64,000 nucleotides of DNA. It comes from an uncultured Actinomycetota bacterium (GTDB lineage: Bacteria; Actinomycetota; Actinomycetes; Propionibacteriales; Nocardioidaceae). The stretch's first letter is position 1, and every line of letters starts with the position of its first letter. A program made the translations under genes and the position numbers. Below the pieces are notes generated by a model that saw only the letters and a list, made by a program, of their open reading frames with translations, made no database searches and was not told the origin of the DNA. Location: contig CAWJTB010000002.1 of the NCBI GenBank assembly GCA_963845655.1, positions 498,970-562,969 on the forward strand, given 5' to 3'. Below, piece after piece: positions 18,662-29,188 of the stretch.

Positions 18662-20322
18662 GCGCGCTCCCTCTCTGCTGGGTCGATGCGGTCCCCCGGT
18701 GCAGGTCCCGATGCAGGCGCGGGGCCGCTGATGCCCCGCACCAGACGCTCCAGCTCGGCGACCTCGTCGGAGAGGTCACCGCCCGAGCTGCGGTCCAGCC
18801 CGGCCAGCTCCACCACGGTAGCCCCGTCGCCGCGACGCAGCCGCACCCAGGCGCGGCGGGGCCGGATGAACAACGACCCCATCAGCCCGACGATGGCGAG
18901 GACCACGCCGGCGAGCGCGAGCTCCTTGCCGGGACTGTGGCTGACCTGCAGCTTCACCCAGCGGTCGACACCGTCGAAGGTGATCGACCCGTCGCCGTCC
19001 GGCAGCGCCACGGTCTGGCCGAGGTCCAGCTTGATCCGCGCGTTCGGCCCGAGCCGCTCGGGGTCGGAGCTCGGGTAGGGCGACAGGTCGTCCTTGTCGA
19101 GCGTGTAGACCGACTGCGGCCTCCCGGTGTCCAGGCCGAGGTCGCCGCGGTAGGGGGTCAGCGACAGCACCGGGTCGAGGGCGTCGGGGAACTGCGAGAA
19201 CGGGCCGCGCTCCATCGTGAAGCCGTAGGTGGGCAGGAAGAAGCCCTCGAAGCCGAGCTGCGCGGGGTCGGCGTCGGGCACCTTGACCACACCGAAGGAG
19301 GCGAACGAGCTGTCCTGCGGGAGGAACGGGACCGGGCCCTCGTAGGCCACGTCCCCCGCCCCGTCGCGGACGGTCACCCGCGGGGCGTAGCCGTGCCCGA
19401 CGAGGAAGACGCTGGTGCCGTCGACGGTCAGCGGATGGTTGACGGCGAGGTTCTGCGTGCGAGGCCGGTCCGTCGGGCTGCCCTGGTAGGTCAGGTCGGC
19501 GTCGAACGACTCGGGCTGCCCGAGGTTGGGGCCGGAGGTCAGGAACCGCACGTCGAAGTCGTCCACGCTCAGGCTGAGCGGGTCGAGGTCGTCGGGGCTG
19601 AAGAACGATCCGGGCGCGAAGTCGTCGTACTGGCTCAGGGAGTTGGAGAAGCCCTGGCCCACCACGGTGATCACCCCGCCCTTGTAGCCGTAGAGCTGCC
19701 CGAGCGCGAAGCCGACCAGCACGACGAGCACGGAGAAGTGGAAGACCAGGTTGCCGGCCTCGCGCAGGTAGCCGCGCTCGGCACTGATCGCGTCCTCGCT
19801 CACCCGGACCCGGTAGCGACGCTTGCGCAGCGCGGCGACGGCCCGCTCCCGGACCACGTCCACGGGCTCGTCGATCTCGAAGGTGGTGGACGCGGGCATC
19901 CGCAGCAGGTGGCGGGGCGCCCGGGGCGGTGGAGACCGGAAGGCCCGCCAGTAGACGCGCAGCCGGGGCACCACGCAGCCGACCAGCGAGACCATCAGCA
20001 GCAGGTAGACGGCCGAGAACCACACCGAGCCGTAGACGTCGAACATCCCGAGCGCCTCGTAGACCGGGGTCAGCCTCGGGTGGTCGTCCTGCCACTGGGA
20101 GACCGTGATCGCGTCGATGTTGCGCTGCGGCACCACGGAGCCGGGCACCGCCGCGAGCGCGAGCAGGAAGAGCAGCACCAGCGCCGTCCGCATCGAGGTG
20201 AGCTGACGCCACGCCCAGCGCGACAGCTCGACGGGCCCGAGCGTCGGGGGTGCCGACGGCGGCGTCGGTGGCGTGGCGGCGGACCCGCCCGCCTCCGTCG
20301 CGACCTCGTCGGTGGCGCTCAC
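18658..20322 (-). CDS. resB: Cytochrome c biogenesis protein ResB
   Basis: From VSATDEV; WRQLTSMRTALVLLFLLALAAVPGS, GNLVFH and VNHPL motifs. Confidence 0.9.
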   Translation of the reverse strand: MSATDEVATEAGGSAATPPTPPSAPPTLGPVELSRWAWRQLTSMRTALVLLFLLALAAVPGSVVPQRNIDAITVSQWQDDHPRLTPVYEALGMFDVYGSVWFSAVYLLLMVSLVGCVVPRLRVYWRAFRSPPPRAPRHLLRMPASTTFEIDEPVDVVRERAVAALRKRRYRVRVSEDAISAERGYLREAGNLVFHFSVLVVLVGFALGQLYGYKGGVITVVGQGFSNSLSQYDDFAPGSFFSPDDLDPLSLSVDDFDVRFLTSGPNLGQPESFDADLTYQGSPTDRPRTQNLAVNHPLTVDGTSVFLVGHGYAPRVTVRDGAGDVAYEGPVPFLPQDSSFASFGVVKVPDADPAQLGFEGFFLPTYGFTMERGPFSQFPDALDPVLSLTPYRGDLGLDTGRPQSVYTLDKDDLSPYPSSDPERLGPNARIKLDLGQTVALPDGDGSITFDGVDRWVKLQVSHSPGKELALAGVVLAIVGLMGSLFIRPRRAWVRLRRGDGATVVELAGLDRSSGGDLSDEVAELERLVRGISGPAPASGPAPGDRIDPAERERA

Positions 20323-21089
20323 ACGGGCGCCTGGAACGAGCCGGCCCACGAGCGGAGACCGAGGACCCACTGGTCCCACAGCCCGGTGACGAGGAGCATC
20401 CCGACGACGATCAGCATCACCCCACCGAGGCGGGTGACCCAGACCTGGTGCCGGCGCACGAACGCCACCGCACCGAGCATCCGACGGAAGGCCAGGCCGG
20501 CGGCGATGAACGGCAGCCCGAGACCGATCGAGTAGGCCAGCCCGAGCACCATGCCGCGCACGGCCGTGGCCTCGTTGACGGCCAGCACGTTGACCGCGGA
20601 GAGCGTGGGGCCGATGCACGGCGTCCAGCCGACGCCGAAGAGCACGCCGAGCAGCGGGGCCGCTGCGAGCCCTACGGCGGGCACCTTGTGCACCCGCACG
20701 TCGCGCTGCAGGAACGGCACCAGCCCGACGAAGGCGACACCGAGCAGCACGGTCACCAGACCCAGGACGACGTTGATCTCGCGGGTGTAGTCGATCAGCC
20801 AGCGACCGAGGCTGCCGAACAGCGCCCCGTAGGCGACGAAGACCGCAGAGAAGCCGAGCACGAACAGGAGACTGCCGAGCAGCATCCGGCCCCGCTTGCC
20901 CTGCTCGAGGTCGACGCCGGTGAGGCCGGTGGCGTAGGAGAGGTAGCCCGGCAGCAGCGGCACGACGCACGGGGAGAAGAACGACACGAGACCGCCGACC
21001 ATCGCGACCGGCAGGGCGATCAGCAGCGAACCGGACAGGACGGTGCTGCCGAACCAGCCGCCGACATCGAGCAGGGGGAGCCCGATCAC
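20319..21089 (-). CDS. ccdA: Cytochrome c biogenesis protein CcdA
   Basis: SFFSPCVVPLLPGY and GWTPCIGP motifs. Confidence 0.93.
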   Translation of the reverse strand: MIGLPLLDVGGWFGSTVLSGSLLIALPVAMVGGLVSFFSPCVVPLLPGYLSYATGLTGVDLEQGKRGRMLLGSLLFVLGFSAVFVAYGALFGSLGRWLIDYTREINVVLGLVTVLLGVAFVGLVPFLQRDVRVHKVPAVGLAAAPLLGVLFGVGWTPCIGPTLSAVNVLAVNEATAVRGMVLGLAYSIGLGLPFIAAGLAFRRMLGAVAFVRRHQVWVTRLGGVMLIVVGMLLVTGLWDQWVLGLRSWAGSFQAPV

Positions 21090-21667
21090 GAGGCAACCCT
21101 CCCGCCGGCGTCCTCCACCAGGTCGTCGAGCGTGGTGCGGGAGATCTCGCCCAGGACGCTGGCCGCGACCCGGCCCTCCTTGTCGATCACGATCGTGCTC
21201 GGGATCGAGTTGGGCGTCAGGGTGCCCTCGAACGCCAGCAGGGTGCGCCCGGACTGGTCGTAGATCGAGGGGTAGGGGATGCCCTGCTTGCGCACGAAGG
21301 CGCGCGCCGCGGCCTTGCTGGGGTCACGGCTGTCGATGCCGAGGAAGGCGACGTCCTGCTCCGCGAGGTCGCGAGCCGCGTCGGCGAGCATCGGCGCCTC
21401 GGCGCGGCAGGGCGGGCACCACGACCCCCAGACGTTGACCACCACGACCTGCCCGCGGTAGTCGGCCAGCGACAGCTGCTCGCCGTCGAGCGACTCCCCC
21501 GCGACCGTGCCGGGCGTGCTGCGGTCGTCGGCGGCGACCGAGGTGATGATGCCCTCGCCGGCGATGTAGCCCTGGTCGCCGGAGCTGCCGACGTCGCCAC
21601 CGGCGCACGACGCCAACGTCCCCGACGCGAGCACGGCGGAGAGGGTGAGGGCGAGGCGTCGGCGCAT
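21086..21667 (-). CDS. TlpA/ResA-family thiol-disulfide oxidoreductase lipoprotein
   Basis: From MRRRLAL; lipobox LASC and VVNVWGSWCPPCRAE motif. Confidence 0.9.
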   Translation of the reverse strand: MRRRLALTLSAVLASGTLASCAGGDVGSSGDQGYIAGEGIITSVAADDRSTPGTVAGESLDGEQLSLADYRGQVVVVNVWGSWCPPCRAEAPMLADAARDLAEQDVAFLGIDSRDPSKAAARAFVRKQGIPYPSIYDQSGRTLLAFEGTLTPNSIPSTIVIDKEGRVAASVLGEISRTTLDDLVEDAGGRVAS

Positions 21668-22347
21668 CAGGCGGGCGGGGTCTCGTCCTGGTCGCTGCCG
21701 CCCTTGCTGAAGTTCGCGTTGCGGTCCTTGAGGGGGATCAGGTCGGCTGCGGGCTCGGAGTAGCGCAGCGTGGTGAGGGTGTCGTCCTCGAAGGTCAGCG
21801 ACGTCAGGCTGCACAGGGTGCACTGGCGGTTGCGCGGGTTGTGCACGAACGACCGGCCCTCCACGTGCAGGCGGGTGATCCACACCGGCAGCTGGTGGGA
21901 GACGATCAGCGCCTCGTGGCCCCGCGCGGTGTCGCGGGCGTCGTACACCGACGCCATCATGCGCGCGACGACCGCCTTGTAGGGCTCGCCCCAGGACGGG
22001 CGGTAGGGGTTCCACAGGTAGCGCCAGGTCTTCGGGCGCTTGAGGATGCCGTCGCCGACGCTGAACCGGCGGCCCTCGAAGACGTTGGTCGACTCGATGA
22101 CCCGGGCATCGGTGACGATGTCGAGGCCCCGGGCCAGCGCCGTCGGGCGAGCCGTCTCCTGGGCGCGCTCCAGCGGGGAGGCAACGACGTGGGTGATGTC
22201 GCGCTCGCCGATGGTGTCGGCGACGCGCTCGGCCATGCGCAGCCCCAGCTTGGACAGGTGGTAGCCCGGGAGCCGGCCGTAGAGCACGCCCTCGGGGTTG
22301 TGCACCTCGCCGTGGCGGAGCAGGTGCACGGTGGTGCGAACGGTCAT
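21667..22347 (-). CDS. Histidine phosphatase family protein
   Basis: [20 protein letters not shown] and VSHQLP motifs. Confidence 0.9.
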   Translation of the reverse strand: MTVRTTVHLLRHGEVHNPEGVLYGRLPGYHLSKLGLRMAERVADTIGERDITHVVASPLERAQETARPTALARGLDIVTDARVIESTNVFEGRRFSVGDGILKRPKTWRYLWNPYRPSWGEPYKAVVARMMASVYDARDTARGHEALIVSHQLPVWITRLHVEGRSFVHNPRNRQCTLCSLTSLTFEDDTLTTLRYSEPAADLIPLKDRNANFSKGGSDQDETPPA

Positions 22348-23708
22348 GGATGGTCTCCTGCGGGTACGGCGGCCGCAGCGCGGGCCGCGGCGGGAAGGGC
22401 CGAGAGGATCCGGTCCACGGCGACCCGGTCGTGGGCGGCGGAGAGGAACCACACCTCGAACGCGCTCGGGGGCAGGTAGACGCCCTGGTCGAGCATCGCG
22501 TGGAAGAACGCCTTGAACCGGTCGGTGTGCTGGGCGCTGGCCGCGGCGAAGTCGCGGACCTCGCGCACACCCTCGTCGGTGAAGAACACGCTGAACATGT
22601 TGCCGACGTGCTGCACGACGTGCGGGACGCCGGCCTCGGTGAGCGCGACACCCGCGGCCTCCCGGACGACCTGCGCCGTGGCGTCGAGCTGGGCGTAGAC
22701 CTCGTCGGTCGCGAGCCGGAGCGTGGCCAGTCCCGCCGACGTCGCGACCGGGTTCCCCGACAGGGTGCCGGCCTGGTAGACCGGCCCCTCGGGCGAGAGC
22801 CACGACATCACGTCGGCGCGTCCGCCGAACGCCGCGGCCGGGAAGCCGCCGCCCATCACCTTGCCGTAGGTGAGCAGGTCCGGCGCCCAGCCCTCGACGG
22901 CTCCGTCCAGACCGTGGTGACCCGACCGGGTGACCCGGAAGCCGGTCATCACCTCGTCGCTGACGAACAGCGCCCCGTGCGCCGCGCAGGTCTCGGCGAG
23001 CAGCCGGTTGAACCCCGGCGCCGGGGGGACCACCCCCATGTTGCCGGGGGCCGCCTCGGTGATGACGCAGGCGATCTCCCTGCCACGCTCGGCGAACAGC
23101 GCGGTCACCGCGTCGGGGTCGTTGTAGGGCAGCACGACCGTGGCTGCGGTCGCAGCGGCGGGGACGCCGGGGGTGCCGGGCACCGCGAGCGTGGCCAGCC
23201 CGGAGCCGGCCTGGGCCAGCAGCGAGTCGACGTGACCGTGGTAGCAGCCGGCGAACTTCACGACCAGCTCCCGGCCGGTGAACCCGCGCGCCAGCCGGAT
23301 GGCCGACATGGTCGCCTCGGTGCCGCTGGACACGAAGCGAACCTTCTCCACCGGCGTGCGCGCCACGATCTCCTCGGCGAGCTCCACCTCCGGTCGGGTG
23401 GGGGTGCCGAACGACGTCCCGCGGGCGACCGCCTCCCGGGCGGCGTCGAGCACCCCGGGATGGGCGTGACCGAGCAGCATCGGGCCCCAGCTGCCGACGA
23501 GGTCGACGTACTCGGTGCCGTCGACGTCGACGAGGTAGGGGCCGTGGGCGCTCTCGATGAAGCGCGGCGTGCCGCCGACCGCGTTGAAGGCGCGGACCGG
23601 TGAGTTCACCCCACCTGGCGTCACCGCCTGGGCGCGGGCGAAGAGCGCAGCCGACTGCGCGGTGGACGGCGTCGGCCGGTCGGGGGTCGTGGGGGCGGTG
23701 GCGCTCAC
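22344..23708 (-). CDS. hemL: Glutamate-1-semialdehyde 2,1-aminomutase
   Basis: [35 protein letters not shown] and [10 protein letters not shown] motifs. Confidence 0.96.
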   Translation of the reverse strand: MSATAPTTPDRPTPSTAQSAALFARAQAVTPGGVNSPVRAFNAVGGTPRFIESAHGPYLVDVDGTEYVDLVGSWGPMLLGHAHPGVLDAAREAVARGTSFGTPTRPEVELAEEIVARTPVEKVRFVSSGTEATMSAIRLARGFTGRELVVKFAGCYHGHVDSLLAQAGSGLATLAVPGTPGVPAAATAATVVLPYNDPDAVTALFAERGREIACVITEAAPGNMGVVPPAPGFNRLLAETCAAHGALFVSDEVMTGFRVTRSGHHGLDGAVEGWAPDLLTYGKVMGGGFPAAAFGGRADVMSWLSPEGPVYQAGTLSGNPVATSAGLATLRLATDEVYAQLDATAQVVREAAGVALTEAGVPHVVQHVGNMFSVFFTDEGVREVRDFAAASAQHTDRFKAFFHAMLDQGVYLPPSAFEVWFLSAAHDRVAVDRILSALPAAARAAAAVPAGDHP

Positions 23709-23824
23709 GCTCGCATTGTCCCCCGCGGGCGGGCTGGACCACGAACCCGGTCCCCGCTGCGGGTCTGTGAGTCTGCCGACGTCCGGCCGCCGGACGCGTC
23801 CCCTCGCGCCGTTCGTTACTGACG

Positions 23825-23852
23825 CGTAACCTGCTTGGACCAGCGTCGTTGA
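23825..23852 (+). promoter_or_regulatory. Sigma-BldN-type promoter upstream of the lytic transglycosylase
   Basis: CGTAAC-N16-CGTTGA, an exact match to the Streptomyces sigma-BldN consensus, 85 bp before the ATG at 23938. Confidence 0.7.
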
Positions 23853-23937
23853 AACGTGTGGACGAGGGCAAAACCGGGTAGACCACTTCTCAGGGGCGGG
23901 GGCCGGTTCCATGACGGTGAAGGGGAAAGAGACACAC

Positions 23938-25221
23938 ATGTCTTCCAAGGCTCGCAAGCGCTCGACCCGCTGGCAGAAGGCGTCAGCCCTGCTCCCGCTG
24001 GCGCTGCTGTCCGGTGCCTGGACCACCAGCCTGACGATGACCAGCGCGGCCGACCAGAGCGAGGCCCGCCCCCAGGCCGGGCAGCTCCCCGACGGGACGA
24101 TGGTCCCCTCCGAGGCGATCAAGGCCCCGGCCAGCGTCTCGAACCCCGGCGAGATCGCCCCCGGTGTGCCGACCGGCTCCGCCGACCAGATCATCGCCAG
24201 CTCCTCCACCAACGGCATCCCCTCGGCGGCCCTGTCCGCCTACCAGCGCGCAGCCCAGGTGATCGACCGTGCCGACAAGGGCTGCAACATCGACTGGACG
24301 CTGATCGCGGCGATCGGCCGCGTCGAGTCCAACCACGGTCGCTACGGCGGCAACACCCTCGACGACGAGGGCGTCAGCCGCCCCGGCATCTACGGCATCC
24401 CCCTCGACGGCGGCAACGGCACCGCGCGGATCACCGACAGCGACGCCGGCCAGTACGACAACGACACCCAGTTCGACCGCGCGATCGGCCCGATGCAGTT
24501 CATCCCCTCGACCTGGGCGGTCGTCGGGGTCGACGGTGACGGCGACGGCGACCGCAACCCGCAGGACATCGACGACGCCGCGCTCGCCACGGCCGTCTAC
24601 CTCTGCTCCGGCGACGAGGATCTGTCCACCCGCGCGGGGCAGCAGTCGGCCGTCTACCGCTACAACCACAGCCAGGACTACGTGAACCTCGTGCTGTCGA
24701 TCATGGAGGCCTACGCCTCGGGCGACTTCACCTCCGTTCCGACGAGCTCGGCCGGCACCACCACGTTCACCCCCGACTACGGCGACTCCGTCTTCTCCTC
24801 CGGCACGCGTGGGTTCACCTATCCCAAGGCCAAGGGCGGCACCAGCGGCGGCCGCTCGGGCTCCGACTCGTCGTCCTCGGGTGGCGGTCCTTCCGACGGG
24901 ACCGGCGGAGGCGGCGGCACGGACAACCCGATCGAGGGCGCCACGGATTCAGGGGCCAGCGGCGGCGACCCGACCGCCCCGGTCAAGGAGACGGCCAAGA
25001 AGGCGACCGACGGGGCCAAGAAGACGGTCACCAACACCGTCTCGGCGCTCGACCGGGCCAAGGCGACCTGCCAGTCCAACTTCAGCTCGGCCGAGATCAC
25101 CAAGCTTGGCGGGCTCGACGCCTGCGGCCGGGCGGTGCGGGACAACGGTCTCGCCTCCGTCGAGAACACCCTCGCCGACCTGCTCGGCGGCGGTACCGGG
25201 AGCCTCCCCGGCCTCGGCTGA
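23938..25221 (+). CDS. Secreted lytic transglycosylase (MltB/SLT_2-like) with a Gly/Ser/Thr-rich tail
   Basis: Signal peptide; [38 protein letters not shown] and [10 protein letters not shown] motifs. Confidence 0.88.
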   Translation: MSSKARKRSTRWQKASALLPLALLSGAWTTSLTMTSAADQSEARPQAGQLPDGTMVPSEAIKAPASVSNPGEIAPGVPTGSADQIIASSSTNGIPSAALSAYQRAAQVIDRADKGCNIDWTLIAAIGRVESNHGRYGGNTLDDEGVSRPGIYGIPLDGGNGTARITDSDAGQYDNDTQFDRAIGPMQFIPSTWAVVGVDGDGDGDRNPQDIDDAALATAVYLCSGDEDLSTRAGQQSAVYRYNHSQDYVNLVLSIMEAYASGDFTSVPTSSAGTTTFTPDYGDSVFSSGTRGFTYPKAKGGTSGGRSGSDSSSSGGGPSDGTGGGGGTDNPIEGATDSGASGGDPTAPVKETAKKATDGAKKTVTNTVSALDRAKATCQSNFSSAEITKLGGLDACGRAVRDNGLASVENTLADLLGGGTGSLPGLG

Positions 25222-25293
25222 CCGGACGGCACCCCCGGCCAGCACCGCCCGCACCACCAGACCGCCACGGGACCACCAGTCCCCACCACGGAC

Positions 25294-25330
25294 TGAGCCC
25301 CGGCCCATCTCCCAAGGGGGCCGGGGCTCA
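25294..25330. terminator. GC-rich hairpin after the transglycosylase
   Basis: TGAGCCCCGGCCC-N11-GGGCCGGGGCTCA, a perfect 13-bp stem. Confidence 0.65.
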
Positions 25331-25350
25331 CCCCTGCCCGCCCCCGCGCA

Positions 25351-25532
25351 GGTTGAGTCGGGTCTTAATCCCCGGTTGAGCCGGGTCTGATCCCCGGTTG
25401 AGCCGGGTCTGATCCCCGGTTGAGCCGGGACGGGTCCGCGCCCTGGGGGCTTCGCCCGGGTCAACCGGGGACGGGACCCGGGTCAACGGGGGACGGGACC
25501 CGGGTCAACGGGGGACGGGACCCGGGTCAACG
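25351..25532. repeat. Mirror-image tandem repeat array: 4 direct and 4 inverted 22-bp units
   Basis: GGTTGAGYCGGGTCT..TCCCC at 25351, 25374, 25396 and 25418 (partial); CCCGGGTCAACSGGGGACGGGA at 25455, 25477, 25499 and 25521 (partial). Confidence 0.92.
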
Positions 25533-25542
25533 AGAGGGGGGA

Positions 25543-26517
25543 TCAGAGCAGGCGGGCGGCGGCCTCGGCGGCCCAGTAGGTCAGCACCACGTCGGCACCG
25601 GCCCGGCGGATCGAGGTCAGCGTCTCCAGGATGGCGGCGTCGCGATCGATCCAGCCCTGCGCGGCGGCACCCTCGACCATGGCGTACTCACCAGAGATGT
25701 TGTACGCCGCCACCGGCACGTCGACGGCCTCCCGCACAGCGCGGATCACGTCGAGGTAGGCCAGCGCGGGCTTGACCATCACGACGTCCGCGCCCTCGTC
25801 GACGTCGGTGAGCGCCTCGCGGACACCCTCGACGACGTTGCCGCCGTCCTGCTGGTAGGTCCGCCGGTCACCGACCAGCGAGGAGTCGACGGCCTCACGA
25901 AAGGGGCCGTAGAACGCGGAGGCGTACTTCGCGGAGTAGGCCAGGATCGTGGTCTCGTGCTGACCTGCTGCCTCCAGCGCGGCGCGGATCACCCCGACCT
26001 GCCCGTCCATCATGCCGCTGGGTCCGAGCACGTCGGCCCCGGCCGCGACCTGGGCCAGCGCCATCTCGGCGTACGCCGCCAGCGTCGCGTCGTTGTCGAC
26101 CGCGCCCGCCGCGTCGAGCACGCCGCAGTGGCCGTGGTCGGTGAACTCGTCGAGGCACAGGTCGGACATGACGGGAAGAGCGTCGCCGACCTCGGCCTTG
26201 CAGTCGGCGATCGCGACGTTGAGGATCCCGTCTGGGTCGAGCGCACCCGATCCGACGGCGTCCTTGCGCGACGGCACCCCGAAGAGCATCACGCCGCCGA
26301 GACCCAGGGCGGCGGCCTCGCCGACGGCCCGGCGCAACGAGTCACGGGTGTGCTGCACGACGCCCGGCATGCTCGCGATCGGTACCGGCTCGGTCGCGCC
26401 CTCCCGCACGAAGACCGGCAGCACCAGCTGCCGGGCCTCGACCGACGTCTCCGCCACCAGCCGGCGCAGGGCCGGCGTGCGACGGAGCCGCCGGCCTCGT
26501 GCGGCCGGGAACGTCAT
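25543..26517 (-). CDS. hemB: Porphobilinogen synthase
   Basis: [37 protein letters not shown] and [10 protein letters not shown] motifs. Confidence 0.96.
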   Translation of the reverse strand: MTFPAARGRRLRRTPALRRLVAETSVEARQLVLPVFVREGATEPVPIASMPGVVQHTRDSLRRAVGEAAALGLGGVMLFGVPSRKDAVGSGALDPDGILNVAIADCKAEVGDALPVMSDLCLDEFTDHGHCGVLDAAGAVDNDATLAAYAEMALAQVAAGADVLGPSGMMDGQVGVIRAALEAAGQHETTILAYSAKYASAFYGPFREAVDSSLVGDRRTYQQDGGNVVEGVREALTDVDEGADVVMVKPALAYLDVIRAVREAVDVPVAAYNISGEYAMVEGAAAQGWIDRDAAILETLTSIRRAGADVVLTYWAAEAAARLL

Positions 26518-28259
26518 CAGGTCGCCTTGCGACGAGCCGAGGGACGCCGCTCGGACGGCTTGGTCACCGGCTGGCCGGACTCGATCAGGCTGGCGCGGCG
26601 GGCGGCGCCGAAGTCGGCGAGCGCGTCCACGAGCACCTCGACGGCGGGCGAGGGAGCCAGGACGTCGACCCGCAGGCCGTGCTCCTCGGCGGTCTTCGCC
26701 GTGGCCGGCCCGATCACCGCGATGACCGTCGAGGCGTGCGGCTTGCCGGCGATGCCGACCAGGTTGCGCACCGTCGAGGACGAGGTGAAGACGACGGCGT
26801 CGAACTTGCCGCTCTTGATCGCCTCCCGCGTCGGCGCCGGGGGCGGAGTCGCGCGCACGGTGCGGTAGGCCGTCACGTCGTCGACCTCCCAGCCGAGGTC
26901 GAGCAGCCCGGCGACGAGCGTCTCGGTGGCGATGTCGGCGCGCGGCAGGAACACCCGGTTGATCGGGTCGAGCACGTCGTCGTACGGCGGCCAGTCCTCG
27001 AGCAGCCCGCGGGCGGACTGCTCGCCGGACGGCACCAGGTCCGAGCGCAGGCCCCAGGCCTCGATGGCGGCGGCGGTCTTGTCGCCGACGGCCGCGATCT
27101 TGAGGCCGGAGAAGGCGCGGGCGTCGAGGCCGTACTCGTCGAACTTCTCGCGCACGGCGCGGACGGCGTTGACGGAGGTGAACGCGATCCACTCGTAGCG
27201 GCCCTCGACCAGACCGCGGATCGCCTTGTCCATCTGCTGCGGGTTGCGCGGCGGCTCGACCGAGATGGTCGGCACCTCCTCGGGCACCGAGCCGTAGCCA
27301 CGCAGCCGCGCGGAGAGCGTGCCGGCCTGCTCCTTGGTGCGGGGCACCAGGACGCGCCAGCCGAACAGCGGCTTGGTCTCGAACCACGACAGGGCCGTGC
27401 GCAGGTCCACCACGTCGCCGATCACGACGACCGCGGGCGGGGTCATCCGCGCGGCCCGGGCGTCGGCGCCGATCCGGCCGAGCGTGGAGACCACGGTCTC
27501 CTGCTCGGTGGTGGTGCCGACCCGGGTCATCGCGACCGGGGTCTCCGCGGAGCGGCCGGCCTCGACCAGCGCGGCCGCGACCTCGGTGATGGAGCTGACG
27601 GCCGCGAGCAGCACCAGGGTGCGGTCGTCGGCGTACTGCGACCAGTCGACCTTGGCCTCGGAGCAGTTCACGACCGCGACCTCGCGGTGCTTCTTGTCGG
27701 TCAGCGGCACGCCGGCGTAGGCCGGGACGGCCGTCACCGAGGACACCCCGGGGACGATCTCGAAGCCGAGCCCGGCCTTGACGCAGGCCTGGGCCTCCTC
27801 GGGACCGGACGCGTAGACGAACGGGTCACCGGCCATCAGGCGCACGACCCGGCGCCCGGACTTCGCCTGCCGGACGACGACCTTGGCGCGCCCGGCGTGG
27901 GTCAGCGGCTGACCGTCCTGGCCGAACCCGCCGTCCACGACCTCGGCGGACGGGGCGAACGTGGCCACCAGGGCCACGTGCTCGGGCGCCTCGGTCACCA
28001 CCACCTCGGCCTGCCGCAGCAGCTCCACGGCTCGCAGGGTCAGCAGATCGGGGTCGCCGGGGCCACTGCCCACGAACGACACGAATCCGGAGGGTGCGCT
28101 CTGCTTCACGGGCTTGGACTCCGCCTTCTTCTGGCTCGTCTTCACCGACGCCGGCTCCGGCGTCGTGCTGGTCTTCGTCGCGGTGCTGCTCACAGTCGCC
28201 TTCTTGTTCTTCGGGGTGGGCTGTGTGGTGGTCTTCTGGGTGGTTCTGGAACTGCTCAT
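26517..28259 (-). CDS. hemD: Bifunctional uroporphyrinogen-III C-methyltransferase / synthase
   Basis: [12 protein letters not shown] and GDPFVY (methyltransferase) plus VLVPRT, FTSVNAV and FTSSSTV (HemD); K/T-rich N-terminal extension. Confidence 0.9.
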   Translation of the reverse strand: MSSSRTTQKTTTQPTPKNKKATVSSTATKTSTTPEPASVKTSQKKAESKPVKQSAPSGFVSFVGSGPGDPDLLTLRAVELLRQAEVVVTEAPEHVALVATFAPSAEVVDGGFGQDGQPLTHAGRAKVVVRQAKSGRRVVRLMAGDPFVYASGPEEAQACVKAGLGFEIVPGVSSVTAVPAYAGVPLTDKKHREVAVVNCSEAKVDWSQYADDRTLVLLAAVSSITEVAAALVEAGRSAETPVAMTRVGTTTEQETVVSTLGRIGADARAARMTPPAVVVIGDVVDLRTALSWFETKPLFGWRVLVPRTKEQAGTLSARLRGYGSVPEEVPTISVEPPRNPQQMDKAIRGLVEGRYEWIAFTSVNAVRAVREKFDEYGLDARAFSGLKIAAVGDKTAAAIEAWGLRSDLVPSGEQSARGLLEDWPPYDDVLDPINRVFLPRADIATETLVAGLLDLGWEVDDVTAYRTVRATPPPAPTREAIKSGKFDAVVFTSSSTVRNLVGIAGKPHASTVIAVIGPATAKTAEEHGLRVDVLAPSPAVEVLVDALADFGAARRASLIESGQPVTKPSERRPSARRKAT

Positions 28260-29188
28260 GTCGCCTGCTCCGCCACGAGGTCGCCGGCCCCGTCGGCCAG
28301 CATCTCCTCGGCGAGGGCCCGTCCGACCTTCTCGGCGTCGTCGGGCGACCCGGCGGCGGAACGGCGTACGGCGACCGCTCCGTCGAGCGAGAGGGCCACC
28401 GCCCGCAGCCACAGCTCGTCGCCGTCCTCACCCTCCGCGATCTCGGCCATCGCTCCGACGGGGGCGGAGCACCCGGCCTCGAGGGTGGCGAGCACGGCGC
28501 GCTCGGCCACCACCTGCGCCCGGGTGCGCACGTCGTCGAGCACCTCCCGGACCGCCAGCACCAGCTCGGTCTCCTCGACCCGGCACTCCACCGCCAGCGC
28601 ACCCTGCCCGGGGGCGGGAAGCATCTGGATCGGGTCGAGCACCTCGGTGACCTCGGCCAACCGGCCCAGTCGCGCAAGGCCGGCGCGGGCCAGGACGACG
28701 GCGTCGACCTCGCCCGAGAAGACCTTGCGGATGCGGGTGCCCACGTTGCCACGGATCGGCACCACGTCGAAACTCAGACCGAGCGCGAGCAGCTGCGAGG
28801 CCCGTCGCGGCGAGCCGGTGCCGACCCTCGAGCCGGGCGGCAGCTCGCCGATGGTCAGGCCGTCGCGCGCCACCACGATGTCGCGCGGGTCCTCCCGCAG
28901 GGGTACGGCGGCCAGGGCGATCTGCTCGTGCGGAGTGGTCGGCAAGTCCTTGAGGGAGTGCACCGCGAGGTCGATGCGTCCGCCCAGCAGCGCCTCGCGC
29001 AGCGCGCCGACGAACACGCCGGTGCCACCGAACGAGGTCAGCGGCGCGCTGGACACGTCGCCCTCGGTGGTGACGTCGACCAGGACCACCTCGCGTCCGA
29101 GGACCGCGCGCAGCTCCCGGGCCACGGTCTCGGACTGGGTGCGCGCGAGCGTGGACGCACGGGTGCCGATGCGAAGTGCGGCGCTCAC
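28256..29188 (-). CDS. hemC: Hydroxymethylbilane synthase
   Basis: GTRASTLARTQ, AVHSLKDLP, GTGSPRR, PAPGQGAL and LEAGCSAP motifs. Confidence 0.96.
   Translation of the reverse strand: MSAALRIGTRASTLARTQSETVARELRAVLGREVVLVDVTTEGDVSSAPLTSFGGTGVFVGALREALLGGRIDLAVHSLKDLPTTPHEQIALAAVPLREDPRDIVVARDGLTIGELPPGSRVGTGSPRRASQLLALGLSFDVVPIRGNVGTRIRKVFSGEVDAVVLARAGLARLGRLAEVTEVLDPIQMLPAPGQGALAVECRVEETELVLAVREVLDDVRTRAQVVAERAVLATLEAGCSAPVGAMAEIAEGEDGDELWLRAVALSLDGAVAVRRSAAGSPDDAEKVGRALAEEMLADGAGDLVAEQAT

Noticed and set aside
25351-25532. CRISPR array or iteron-type replication origin
   Set aside because: Units are contiguous with no unique spacers; there is no rep gene or AT-rich unwinding region, and the context is core chromosome.
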